A program made the position numbers and the translations under genes. Positions 1-8,862 of a stretch of 64,000 bases of DNA are shown one piece after another. The DNA lies in contig JAPLWM010000007.1 of NCBI GenBank assembly GCA_026396575.1, positions 76,760 through 140,759 on the forward strand. Direction: 5' to 3'. Source of the DNA: Candidatus Komeilibacteria bacterium. Its GTDB lineage: Bacteria; Patescibacteriota; Patescibacteriia; UBA1558; UBA10009. The notes beneath the pieces were generated by a model that saw only the letters and a program-made list of their open reading frames with translations, made no database searches and was not told the origin of the DNA. Numbering within the stretch: the stretch's first letter is position 1; each line of letters starts with the position of its first letter.

Positions 1-302
1 AAACTTTAACCTTTTCCTATCATTTGCCTTTTAAATTAACGTTTAGCGCAGGTTATTTAAGCCGGCTCTTAACCCTGCTGGGGCTTAAAGAAGCGGTTAA
101 CGATCCCACTTATAGTTTGTTGGTGCAAAGCCAGTCCGGCGTAAAGGGCGCCACCTTTAGCGGCAATTTGTATTTGCCGGAAAACCGAAGCGTTGTTTGG
201 TCCAATTCCAGCACCAATAAAGAATTAACGGTTAAGGGAAGAAATGTAAATTTTAAGGAAGATTTAAGCGGGGATTTTAAGATCGGCGTTTTAATCCGCT
301 GA
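1..302 (+). CDS. C-terminal fragment of an upstream gene of unknown function; the frame is open to the window edge
   Basis: The frame of ORF 24..302 has no stop back to position 3. No recognisable motif. Confidence 0.3.
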   Translation, partial: TLTFSYHLPFKLTFSAGYLSRLLTLLGLKEAVNDPTYSLLVQSQSGVKGATFSGNLYLPENRSVVWSNSSTNKELTVKGRNVNFKEDLSGDFKIGVLIR

Positions 303-325
303 TAAGATTTTAAATAAAACGGAGC

Positions 326-354
326 TTGAAAAAAACTTTGATTTATTGTATAAT
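326..354 (+). promoter_or_regulatory. Putative sigma70-like promoter of murJ: TTGAAA, 17-nt spacer, TATAAT
   Basis: -35 at 326-331 and a perfect -10 at 349-354. AT-rich sequence, so it could be chance. Confidence 0.35.
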
Positions 355-356
355 TT

Positions 357-390
357 AAACAATCCAACAACGGATTGTTTATTTTTTTTA
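357..390 (+). terminator. Intrinsic terminator: 9-bp stem, 6-nt loop, T-run
   Basis: aaacaatcc / ggattgttt stem followed by atttttttta. It lies after the upstream ORF stop. Confidence 0.5.
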
Positions 391-399
391 ATATCTAAT

Positions 400-1974
400 A
401 TGCTTAAAATAGTTTGGAATAAATTGGTTACTACCGTCAGCGGCGGGGCGATTTTAATTTCCTTTTTCAGTATTTTAAGCAATCTGCTCGGCTTAATCAG
501 GGATCGGACCTTGGCCGGTTATTTCGGCGCCGGTCCCATTTTGGACAGTTATTATGCCGCTTTCAAATTGCCGGATTTGATTTTTAACACTTTGGTTTTG
601 GGCGCTTTGGCCTCGGCTTTTATTCCGGTTTTTACCCGCGTTTGGCTGGAAAATAAAGAACGTGCTTACCGTTTGGCTAACACGATTTTAAATTATCTTT
701 TAATCACCTTAATTGTTTTGGCGGCGATCATGTTTTTTGTGGCGCCCATGTGCACCCGTTTAATCGTGCCCGGTTTTAACGGCAGCGAGCTGGCCCAAAC
801 CATCGCCTTAACCAGGATTATGCTGCTTTCCATCGTCTTTTTCGGCGCCAGCAACGTGGTCGGCGGCATCTTGAATTCCTTAAAAAAATTCCTGACTTTT
901 TCCTTGGCGCCGGTTTTTTACAATCTGGGCATTATTTTCGGCATCCTGGTTTTTTATCCCATCTGGGGAATCAAAGGTTTGGCTTGGGGCGTGGTTTTCG
1001 GTTCGGCTTTGCATCTTCTTATCCAGCTGCCGGAAGTTTTAAGAGCCGGCTGGCGCTGGCAATGGTTTTGGGGAATAAGCCTGGAAGTTAAGCGGGTTTT
1101 TAAATTAATGGTGCCGCGGACCGTGGGCTTGGCCGCTAATCAGTTTAATTTATTGGTCATTACCGTGATCGCTTCCACTTTAATGCCCGGCAGTTTGGCG
1201 ATTTTTACCTTGGCCAATAATCTGCAGACTTTTCCCAGCTCCATTTTCGGCATTTCTTTGGCCATTGCCGTTTTTCCGCTTTTTTCCGAAGTGCTGGCGA
1301 AAAAACAGCACGGCCGTTTTGTCCAGATTTTTTCTATTAATTTCCGCCGGATTCTGTTTTTAATCATTCCGCTGTCCGTTTTAATGCTGCTCCTTAGGGC
1401 CCAATTGGTCAGGGTAATTTTGGGCAGCGGCCATTTTGATTGGCAGGATACCTATTATACGGCGCAAACCCTGGGCTGGTTCGTGGTTTCCTTGTTCGCC
1501 CAAAGTTTGATTCCCATGCTGGCCAGAACTTTTTACGCGTTGGAAGACACCAAAACGCCGGTGATTATCAGCCTGGTTACCATTGTCGTAAATATTCTGG
1601 GTTCAATTGTTTTAGGCAAGCGTTTTGGCGTGCAAGGTTTAGCTTTGGCCTTTTCTATCGCTTCCATTTTAGACATGATTTTATTGTTGATGGTTTTAAG
1701 GTTGCGCCTCGGGTATTTGGACGATAAAAAAATCATCTGGTCAACTTTTAAAATCAGCGTTAATTCGCTTTTGGCCGGCGGGGTGGTTTATATCATGTTG
1801 CGTTTTATGGCGGGCCTGGTAAACATGCAAACTTTTATCGGCATTTTTTTGCAAGGATTGGCAGCCGGAACCGTCGGCTTGATTTTCTATCTAGCCATCT
1901 GCCTCTTAACCAACTGCCAGGAAATTGATATTGTTAAAAATTGGCTGAAAGGCTTAAGGCCGCTGTTAAAATAA
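400..1974 (+). CDS. murJ: Lipid II flippase MurJ/MviN
   Basis: About 14 predicted TM segments and a MurJ-type N-terminus (RDRTLAGYFGAGPILDSYYAAFKLPDLIFNTLVLGALASAFIPVF). Start chosen at ATG 400, after the terminator. Confidence 0.85.
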   Translation: MLKIVWNKLVTTVSGGAILISFFSILSNLLGLIRDRTLAGYFGAGPILDSYYAAFKLPDLIFNTLVLGALASAFIPVFTRVWLENKERAYRLANTILNYLLITLIVLAAIMFFVAPMCTRLIVPGFNGSELAQTIALTRIMLLSIVFFGASNVVGGILNSLKKFLTFSLAPVFYNLGIIFGILVFYPIWGIKGLAWGVVFGSALHLLIQLPEVLRAGWRWQWFWGISLEVKRVFKLMVPRTVGLAANQFNLLVITVIASTLMPGSLAIFTLANNLQTFPSSIFGISLAIAVFPLFSEVLAKKQHGRFVQIFSINFRRILFLIIPLSVLMLLLRAQLVRVILGSGHFDWQDTYYTAQTLGWFVVSLFAQSLIPMLARTFYALEDTKTPVIISLVTIVVNILGSIVLGKRFGVQGLALAFSIASILDMILLLMVLRLRLGYLDDKKIIWSTFKISVNSLLAGGVVYIMLRFMAGLVNMQTFIGIFLQGLAAGTVGLIFYLAICLLTNCQEIDIVKNWLKGLRPLLK

Positions 1975-1982
1975 TATATCAA

Positions 1983-3758
1983 ATGAACCAAATTCGTAAT
2001 TTTTGCATTATCGCCCATATTGATCACGGCAAATCCACTTTGGCCGATCGTTTTTTGGAAATCACCAAAACCGTGGAAGTGCGCAAAATGAAGGAACAGC
2101 TGCTTGATAGCATGGATCTGGAGCGCGAGCGGGGCATTACCATTAAGCTGCAGCCGGTGCGGATGGACTGGCAGGGTTATATTTTAAATTTAATCGATAC
2201 GCCGGGCCATGCCGATTTTACCTATGAAGTTTCTCGGTCCTTGGCGGCCGTGGAATCCGCCATTTTATTGGTGGACGCCACCCAAGGTGTGGAAGCCCAA
2301 ACCGTAGCCAATCTGTATTTGGCTTTGGAACAGAATCTAGTGATTATTCCGGTGATTAATAAAATAGATTTGCCGGCGGCTCGCACTGCCGAAGTGCGCA
2401 AGGAAATCGTTAATCTGCTGGGCTGCGCCAGCGAGGATATTATCGAGGTTTCTGCCAAAACCGGCAAAAACGTTGATTTGGTTTTGCAGGCGGTTATCGA
2501 GCGTACGCCCGCCCCCAAAGGCGAAAACAAAAATAATGTTCAGGCACTTATTTTTGATTCCAAGTTCGACGATTACAAAGGCGTGGTGGCTTATGTCCGC
2601 TTAACCGACGGCCAGTTTAAAGCCGGGGACAAGGTGGTGTTTTTAGCCACCGATACGGAAAGCGAAGTTTTGGAAGTGGGCTACTTTAAGCCGGATTTTA
2701 AAAAAGCTGAAAAGTTGTCGTCCGGTGAAATCGGTTATTTGGTTACCGGCTTGAAGGATTTAAGCAAGGTAAAAGTGGGCGACACCGTTACTTTAGCCGC
2801 TGCTCCGGCGCCCTCCTTGCCCGGCTATAAAGAAGTTAAGCCCATGGTTTTTGCCGGCGTTTTCTGTAAAGAAGGCGACGATTATCCCCATCTTCGGGAA
2901 GGCATTGAAAAACTAAAATTAAACGATTCCGCCCTTTTTTACGAGCCGGAAAATTCGCCGGCTTTGGGCATCGGTTTCAGGTGCGGTTTTTTGGGCTTGT
3001 TGCATTTGGAAATTTTTCAGGAACGCCTTAAAAGGGAATACGGCCTGCATTTGGTAATTACCACCCCGTCGGTGGCTTATAAAATAAAAACCTCAAACGG
3101 CAAAGAAATTACCATTCATAGCCCCCAGGAATTGCCGGACCAGGGCCAAATTGCCGAAATTTACGAACCCTACGTAAAAATAGACATTATCAGCCCGTCC
3201 GAATATTTAGGCAATATTATGAAGCTGGTCCAGGAAAACCGCGGCGAATATTTAACTACCGAATATTTGGACGAAAACCGGGTAATTTTGCATTACCAGA
3301 TTCCGCTGGCCGCCATTTTGGTGGATTTTTACGATAATTTAAAAAGCGCTTCTTCGGGCTACGCTTCTTTAAATTACGAATTTTTTGAATACCGTTTGGC
3401 CGATGTGATAAAATTGGATATTTTGGTAGCCGACGATAAAGTGGAAGCGCTCTCCACTATTGTTTACCGCGATGACGCTTTCCGGGTGGGCAAAAAAATA
3501 GTCAATGCTTTAAAAGAAGTTCTGCCCAAGCAGATGTTTGTGGTAAAAATCCAGGCGGCCATCGGCGGAAAAATAATCGCCGCCGAGCGCATCAGCGCCA
3601 TGAAAAAAGACGTTATTGCCAAGCTCTACGGCGGCGATGTAACCCGCAAACGCAAATTGTTGGAAAAACAGAAGAAAGGCAAAAAGAAAATGCTGGCCAT
3701 GGGCACGGGCAAGGTGGATATTCCCCAGGAAGCGTTTATGGCCGTGCTAAAAAGATAA
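1983..3758 (+). CDS. lepA: Translation elongation factor 4 (LepA)
   Basis: IRNFCIIAHIDHGKSTLADR G1 motif, DTPGHADF, NKID, and the LepA C-terminal domain. Start at MNQIRNF. Confidence 0.9.
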   Translation: MNQIRNFCIIAHIDHGKSTLADRFLEITKTVEVRKMKEQLLDSMDLERERGITIKLQPVRMDWQGYILNLIDTPGHADFTYEVSRSLAAVESAILLVDATQGVEAQTVANLYLALEQNLVIIPVINKIDLPAARTAEVRKEIVNLLGCASEDIIEVSAKTGKNVDLVLQAVIERTPAPKGENKNNVQALIFDSKFDDYKGVVAYVRLTDGQFKAGDKVVFLATDTESEVLEVGYFKPDFKKAEKLSSGEIGYLVTGLKDLSKVKVGDTVTLAAAPAPSLPGYKEVKPMVFAGVFCKEGDDYPHLREGIEKLKLNDSALFYEPENSPALGIGFRCGFLGLLHLEIFQERLKREYGLHLVITTPSVAYKIKTSNGKEITIHSPQELPDQGQIAEIYEPYVKIDIISPSEYLGNIMKLVQENRGEYLTTEYLDENRVILHYQIPLAAILVDFYDNLKSASSGYASLNYEFFEYRLADVIKLDILVADDKVEALSTIVYRDDAFRVGKKIVNALKEVLPKQMFVVKIQAAIGGKIIAAERISAMKKDVIAKLYGGDVTRKRKLLEKQKKGKKKMLAMGTGKVDIPQEAFMAVLKR

Positions 3759-3822
3759 TTAAAGTTGACTTAAAGTTAATCTTTTAGTAAACTTTATTTA
3801 TTAACAATTAAACTGTATTTTT

Positions 3823-4074
3823 ATGGAAAAAATTATTGGTCTAAAGGAATTAAGGCAGAATATGCCGAGCTTTGCCCAAAAAGTGCAAAAAGGCCAGTCG
3901 TTTATCGTGGTTAAGCAATCCAAGCCTTTGTTTAAAATTACTCCTTTGACATATCTGGACAACGAGGTTGAGCAATCCCAGCAAAGCGCTTTTTTACAAA
4001 CCGGCGCGATTGACTCCCACCGCACTTTAAAACCGCTGTCTAAAGAAGAGCATGATTATTACATGGGCTTATGA
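3823..4074 (+). CDS. Type II antitoxin, Phd/YefM-like
   Basis: Small protein whose end overlaps the mazF-like start by 4 bp (ATGA). Its N-terminus resembles Phd/YefM. Confidence 0.6.
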   Translation: MEKIIGLKELRQNMPSFAQKVQKGQSFIVVKQSKPLFKITPLTYLDNEVEQSQQSAFLQTGAIDSHRTLKPLSKEEHDYYMGL

Positions 4075-4406
4075 AACAAGGAGAAATTTGGCTGGTTAAA
4101 TACGATCCCAGCGTTGGGCATGAATTTAAAAAAAATCGGCCCGCGGTAATTTTAAGTTCCACTGATATTTTAAACTATTCCGGCTTAGTCACGGTTATGG
4201 CCATTACCAGCAATCTTAGCGATTGCTTAAGCAATGATATAGAGGTGATTAAGGATAAAACAAATAATCTTTACGCCGATTCCGTTATTAAAGTTTATCA
4301 TCTTTCTTCATTTGATAAGCAAAGATTCATTAAAAAAATAGGAGGAGCGAATATAGCGGTTTTAGCTAAAATAAAGAGCTATCTTAAAAAACATTTTAAT
4401 ATTTAG
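4071..4406 (+). CDS. mazF: Type II toxin, MazF/PemK-family endoribonuclease
   Basis: GEIWLVKYDPSVGHEFKKNRPAVILSS matches the PemK/MazF signature. Confidence 0.8.
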   Translation: MKQGEIWLVKYDPSVGHEFKKNRPAVILSSTDILNYSGLVTVMAITSNLSDCLSNDIEVIKDKTNNLYADSVIKVYHLSSFDKQRFIKKIGGANIAVLAKIKSYLKKHFNI

Positions 4407-4445
4407 CCGGTATGATTAATAAACATAAAACCGGCTTTTTAAATT
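4406..4445 (+). terminator. Putative intrinsic terminator after the toxin-antitoxin pair
   Basis: gccgg...ccggc stem followed by ttttt. Confidence 0.35.
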
Positions 4446-4449
4446 TTTC

Positions 4450-5985
4450 ATGAATAAATTTGATTATCAATTATTAAAACCTCATAAAATAAAGCCAAAT
4501 AATCCTCGGTTTAAATGGCTGGAAAAAGATTATCCTGGCTTTTTGCATACCATTTTTATGCAGGGCATCCATGCCGGAGTTTATGAAATGAATAAGCTTT
4601 ACCCTTTTGGTTTTAAAGTCGGCTATTGTTTTAATAGCCAAAATAAGCAGGGTAATTTAGAATTGGATTGGCTTTGGGATTTAAGGGATTTAACTAGGGT
4701 CAGGAATATTTTTATCAGCCAGGCTAAGAAAAATTTAAATTTTTTCAATAAAATTTACCAGCACTGGCAAAAGGATTCCGCCTTTAATTTTAAAGTTTAT
4801 CAACAGGCGGAAAAAATCGATTTTTCTTCATTGGACGATAAAGATTTATATCATTGGTACGAAAAACTGTATTTAGCCAATATTAAGCAGGGCCGAACCG
4901 GTTATTTGGCCGATTGTTTTTTAACAGTCGGTTCGGAGGATTGGTTAAGTAATTTTATTAAAGGCCGTTTGCCTAAAAAATTTAATTTGCCAAAGACCAT
5001 TACTATTCTTACTGCTCCAACTATCGCTTCTTATACCAATAAAGAGGCGATTGATTTATTTTGGTTAACAAAATTGATTACAGGTAATTGGTCCGCCTTG
5101 AGCCAGTTTTTAAATTATCTTAAAAAGAATAAAAAGGCATGGTCGGCTTTAACTAAACACGCTGCCAAATATTATTGGATTGGGAATAATTATTTTGCCA
5201 GAATTTTAAAACCGGAGGATTTTGCTAAAAAATTATATCAACAGCTTTTAATAAATCAACAAAATCTTGCAGCGGTTTTATCTCTAAATTACAAAAATAA
5301 AAAGAAGCTGCTTAAAAAAATTAATGATCCTTGGTTAACCAAGGTAATTAAAATGTCTGAGTTAATGGGACATATGCAGGATTACCGTAAATGCGCTTTG
5401 GTAAGATTCAGCCATTTTTTGGCTATTATTTTTATTGAAATGGCTAAGCGGACTAATTTAAAATTAAATGATTATTATAATTTGGTTTTTCCGGAAGTTA
5501 AGGAAATATTTTTAAATAAAAAGATTAATCGGCAAAAAATAACAGCTAGAATTAAAGAGAATTTTACTTACGGCAATCCTAAAGGTTTTGTTGTTTACGA
5601 AGGCGATTATTTAAAAAAGTTTGTAAATAAAAAAGATTTCTTCCCCGATTTAAATAACTTTGTTAAAATAAGGGGGGTGTCGGCTTGCGCCGGCTTGGTA
5701 AAAGGCAGGGTTAAAATAGTTAAGGATGCCCATAAAATTTCCAGTTTAGGAAAAAATACGGTTTTGGTTACCAATAATACTACTCCGGAGTTTGTGCCTC
5801 TTATGAAGCAGGCGATAGCCATTGTTACTGAACAAGGCGGCATTACTTGCCACGCCGCTATTGTTTCGCGGGAATTGGGCGTTCCTTGCATTATCGGCAC
5901 CAAAATCGCCACTCAAGTATTTAAAGACGGCGACCTAGTTGAGGTTGACGCGAATAGGGGAATAGTTAGAAAACTAAAAAGCTGA
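4450..5985 (+). CDS. Protein with a C-terminal PEP-utilising-enzyme mobile (phosphohistidine swivel) domain; N-terminal region uncharacterised
   Basis: The C-terminus carries GGITCHAAIVSRELGVPCIIG, the phosphohistidine motif of PEP synthase, PPDK and rifampin phosphotransferase. Confidence 0.6.
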   Translation: MNKFDYQLLKPHKIKPNNPRFKWLEKDYPGFLHTIFMQGIHAGVYEMNKLYPFGFKVGYCFNSQNKQGNLELDWLWDLRDLTRVRNIFISQAKKNLNFFNKIYQHWQKDSAFNFKVYQQAEKIDFSSLDDKDLYHWYEKLYLANIKQGRTGYLADCFLTVGSEDWLSNFIKGRLPKKFNLPKTITILTAPTIASYTNKEAIDLFWLTKLITGNWSALSQFLNYLKKNKKAWSALTKHAAKYYWIGNNYFARILKPEDFAKKLYQQLLINQQNLAAVLSLNYKNKKKLLKKINDPWLTKVIKMSELMGHMQDYRKCALVRFSHFLAIIFIEMAKRTNLKLNDYYNLVFPEVKEIFLNKKINRQKITARIKENFTYGNPKGFVVYEGDYLKKFVNKKDFFPDLNNFVKIRGVSACAGLVKGRVKIVKDAHKISSLGKNTVLVTNNTTPEFVPLMKQAIAIVTEQGGITCHAAIVSRELGVPCIIGTKIATQVFKDGDLVEVDANRGIVRKLKS

Positions 5986-6002
5986 TGTTTATCAGCTTTT
6001 TA
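5979..6002 (+). terminator. Hairpin plus T-run overlapping the stop codon
   Basis: aagctgat gttt atcagctt tttt. Confidence 0.35.
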
Positions 6003-6120
6003 AAAAACCAAAATTAAGGTAAAATTAATTGAAGAGCGAGCTGATGCTCCAAAAAATCATGGAGATTACCATGAACACACTTAGAATTATCCACACTATT
6101 TTTACCCGTTTGCGATTCAT

Positions 6121-6615
6121 ATGCCTTATTTTACCAGAATTTTAAAAGAAAAGGAAGAGCTGGAGCGTTTAATCCGTTTCTCGCCGGCGGTTTTTTTCAA
6201 GCCGGCCGCGGCGGCCTTATTCTTTTTTTTATTGCCTTTCTTTTTGATGTTCCTGCTGTTTAGATGGGAATTATATGGCTTAATTTTATTTTTTATCCTG
6301 TTAATTATCGGCCTGTGGCTGCTGGTCCGCTTGATTGTTATGTGGCATTATAATGTTTTTTTAATCACCAACCAAAGATTGATTTTATACCGGCAAAAGG
6401 GCTTATTCGATCGGCGGGTCAGTGAAACCGATTATGAAAAAATCCAGGACGTTTCCTGGCGCATCAAGGGCTTTTGGCAGACGGTTTTACGCTACGGTTC
6501 GGTGCGCCTTCAGCTGATTGGCAGCGAATCGCCGATTATTGTTAGTAAAATACCCAAACCCCAGCAAGTCCAGCAGCTTTTGCTCTCCATTAAGAAAAAC
6601 CGCCCGGCAGCCTAA
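6121..6615 (+). CDS. Membrane protein with a bacterial PH (bPH_2, YdbS/YdbT-like) domain
   Basis: Two TM helices followed by ITNQRLILYRQKGLFDRRVSETDYEKIQDVSW. Confidence 0.5.
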   Translation: MPYFTRILKEKEELERLIRFSPAVFFKPAAAALFFFLLPFFLMFLLFRWELYGLILFFILLIIGLWLLVRLIVMWHYNVFLITNQRLILYRQKGLFDRRVSETDYEKIQDVSWRIKGFWQTVLRYGSVRLQLIGSESPIIVSKIPKPQQVQQLLLSIKKNRPAA

Positions 6616-6666
6616 AAGGGAGATTTTTGCCGTTTAGGCCGATTTGTGGTATAATTTTTTGTAACT

Positions 6667-7080
6667 ATGTGGGGCAACAAAAATTTAGGCAGGCGTTTTT
6701 TATCTTCCAAAATTCTTTTAATTGCCAGTTTGTTTGTTTTAATCTTTTTTTCCGTTAATTTGGCCAAGGAAATCATCAATCGCCGCGATTTGCAGCAGGA
6801 AATCAATAAATACTTGGTCCAGCTGGATGATTTAAACAAAAGCAACCAGGATTTAAGCGGTTCGATTGAGTATTTTAAAACCATGGCTTTCGTGGAAAAC
6901 GAAGCGCGGACCAAGCTTAATTTAAAAAAGCCCGGCGAACAGATTATTATCGTGCCGGAAGAAAAAACCCCGGGCCAAGCAGCGGCCAATACTTCATTGG
7001 TTAATGGTTTAGCCGATCAAACGGCCAGCCAGCCTAATTATTTAAATTGGTGGAATTATTTTTTTAACCAAAATTTGTGA
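6667..7080 (+). CDS. ftsB: Septum formation initiator (FtsB/DivIC-like)
   Basis: N-terminal TM helix, then a coiled coil and the FKTMAFVENEARTKLNLKKPGEQII box. Sits next to other division genes. Confidence 0.55.
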   Translation: MWGNKNLGRRFLSSKILLIASLFVLIFFSVNLAKEIINRRDLQQEINKYLVQLDDLNKSNQDLSGSIEYFKTMAFVENEARTKLNLKKPGEQIIIVPEEKTPGQAAANTSLVNGLADQTASQPNYLNWWNYFFNQNL

Positions 7081-8483
7081 TGGTTATCAATTCAATGCCG
7101 TCTAAAAAATTCACAGCCGCCGCGGCTAAAGTTAAAACAGCCAAGGTAATTCCCGAAGCGCTTTTAAAAACCAAAGAACCGAAATCAACCAAAGCGGCTC
7201 CGGCCGTTAAATTAAGTTTGTCAGCCAAAAAGAAAATCGAAAAACAGTATCAGAATGAAATTAAGGAAGTTTTGGGTTTGCCGGTAAAAGACGATTCGGC
7301 TGAAAAAGTTCAGGAAAAAAGCGCGCCAAAGTTATCAGCCATTCCGGCGCCGCCGGTTGTGGCGACGGCCAAAACCGCAGCCGCTAAAAATTCTCCCGTT
7401 AAAGCCGTTGAGCCGGAAAATTTAAGCGAGGCGGAATTGGCTAAAATCAGGGCAGCGGTTTTGGCGGAAATTAAATCGCCGGTTTTACCGGTCATTGAGG
7501 AAAAAGTTGAACCGCTGCCGGTTGCGGCCGAACCGGTAAAAAAACAGCCCGCAGGCGAAACAGAACAAGCGGTCGCCATTATTATCGGGCCAAAGGGCGT
7601 TAAGCATCATTTATTAAGAATCGTCAGGATAATTTTTTTAACCGCGGTTTTTTTGTTGTTTTTATCCGCTGCCGGCATTTATTTGGGTGGCTGGGATCAA
7701 TCGGCCGTAAAAAAAGTGGCCGAATTTATTCCTTATCCGGTGCTTAAGGTTAACAATCGGTTGATTGCCGCTAAAATCTACTTTGCCGATTTAAGCGCTT
7801 TAAAAAAATATCTTAACCGCGCCCAGATCACGGCCGGCGAGGCGGACATAAAATCGCAGGTCATTAAAAGCCTGATTGCCAAGGAAGTCATCGCCCAATT
7901 GGCCGCCCGGCAGGGTTTAAGCGTTACCGCTCCAGAATTGCAGCAACAGCTGGATTTAATAGTCGCCAGCGCCGCTTCCAAAGCGGAAATAGAAAAATTG
8001 GTCAAGGATTTATATGATTGGGATTTAAGCGAATACGGCGAAAAAATCATCAAGCCGCTGCTGCTGGCTAAAAAAGTGGAAGGGCAATTTAATCAGTCGC
8101 CCGCTAATTCGGCCATTAAAAAACAAATGGCAGATTATCTGGCCGAACTTAACCAGGATCCGACCAAATTTGAGGCCATTGCCGGCGCGGTTAATCAGGA
8201 TAGTACCAAATATGTGGCCGGCGATTTGGGCTGGTTTGCCCTGGGCACGCTGGCGCCGGAGCTGGAAGCGGCCCTGTTAAACTTGCAGCCGGGCCAGTTC
8301 AGCGCGGTGGTGGAGAGCGCCGACGGCTATCATATTATTAAACTGATTGAAAAATTGTCGGACGATAAAACCGGGCAAACCACTTTTCATGCCGCTCAGA
8401 TCTTTTTGCAGCGTCCGTCTTTTGCCGATTATTTAAACGAACAAATTAAAAAAGCCAAGGTTTTGACTTTTATAAAAATTTAA
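7077..8483 (+). CDS. PpiC/parvulin-type peptidyl-prolyl isomerase (PrsA/SurA-like) with a Lys/Ala/Pro-rich N-terminal region and a TM anchor
   Basis: The C-terminus carries GDLGWFALGTLAPELEAALLNLQPGQFSAVVESADGYHIIKLIEK, a rotamase domain. Confidence 0.7.
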   Translation: MMVINSMPSKKFTAAAAKVKTAKVIPEALLKTKEPKSTKAAPAVKLSLSAKKKIEKQYQNEIKEVLGLPVKDDSAEKVQEKSAPKLSAIPAPPVVATAKTAAAKNSPVKAVEPENLSEAELAKIRAAVLAEIKSPVLPVIEEKVEPLPVAAEPVKKQPAGETEQAVAIIIGPKGVKHHLLRIVRIIFLTAVFLLFLSAAGIYLGGWDQSAVKKVAEFIPYPVLKVNNRLIAAKIYFADLSALKKYLNRAQITAGEADIKSQVIKSLIAKEVIAQLAARQGLSVTAPELQQQLDLIVASAASKAEIEKLVKDLYDWDLSEYGEKIIKPLLLAKKVEGQFNQSPANSAIKKQMADYLAELNQDPTKFEAIAGAVNQDSTKYVAGDLGWFALGTLAPELEAALLNLQPGQFSAVVESADGYHIIKLIEKLSDDKTGQTTFHAAQIFLQRPSFADYLNEQIKKAKVLTFIKI

Positions 8484-8585
8484 TTGTCCGCCTCCGCTAA
8501 AGCTGCGGCGAACTAGCCTTTTGCCAGCTTATCAGCTGGCACGTCTGGCAAAGCCAGCCGTAGTCCCGCTTTGCGGGACGAAGGC

Positions 8586-8661
8586 TGGAGCCAACGGTCG
8601 GATTTGAACCGACGACCTCTGCTTTACGAAAGCATTGCTCTACCAGCTGAGCTACGTTGGC
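8586..8661 (-). tRNA. tRNA-Thr (anticodon CGU), CCA encoded
   Basis: Folded by hand: 7-bp acceptor stem, GCTC/GAGC D-stem, anticodon loop TTCGTAA, T-loop TTCAAAT. Confidence 0.75.
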
Positions 8662-8669
8662 TAAAATAT

Positions 8670-8743
8670 TGGAGCGGATGACGGGAATCGAACCCGCGTT
8701 GCTTGCTTGGGAAGCAGGTGTACTACCACTGTACTACATCCGC
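8670..8743 (-). tRNA. tRNA-Gly (anticodon CCC), CCA encoded
   Basis: Folded by hand: acceptor GCGGATG/CATCCGC, D-stem GTAC/GTAC, anticodon loop TTCCCAA, 4-nt variable loop, T-loop TTCGATT, discriminator U. Confidence 0.75.
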
Positions 8744-8862
8744 ATCTATCCTTGCTTGCCCGCCGTAACGCGAAGCGCTTAGGCGGGGGAAGGACACGTT
8801 CTACCGCTAAACTTATACCTGCTTATCTTATCAGCTTTACATTATAATACAAATTTTAAAAT

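Noticed and set aside
346-399. Longer murJ start at 346
   Set aside because: That start would put an intrinsic terminator hairpin plus T-run inside the coding region. The MurJ-like N-terminus begins at the ATG at 400.
110-482. Antisense or overlapping ORFs in the track (110..370-, 291..482-, and likewise 1140..1367-, 2222..2530-, 6612..6989-, 7310..7579-, 10543..10937-, 12047..12295+, 22175..22785+, 50254..50972+, 52693..53590+ and others)
   Set aside because: Each lies inside or opposite a well-supported gene with clear family motifs. They have no start-site signals and low-complexity translations, so they are shadow ORFs.
6001-6120. 28-aa ORF (MEITMNT...) in the gap before the PH-domain gene
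   Set aside because: No Shine-Dalgarno sequence, no conservation cue, and the length is below what can be supported.
8484-8585. Possible third tRNA or tmRNA fragment next to tRNA-Thr
   Set aside because: Neither strand has a T-arm (GTTCRA) motif or a cloverleaf-compatible arrangement. Only simple consecutive hairpins.
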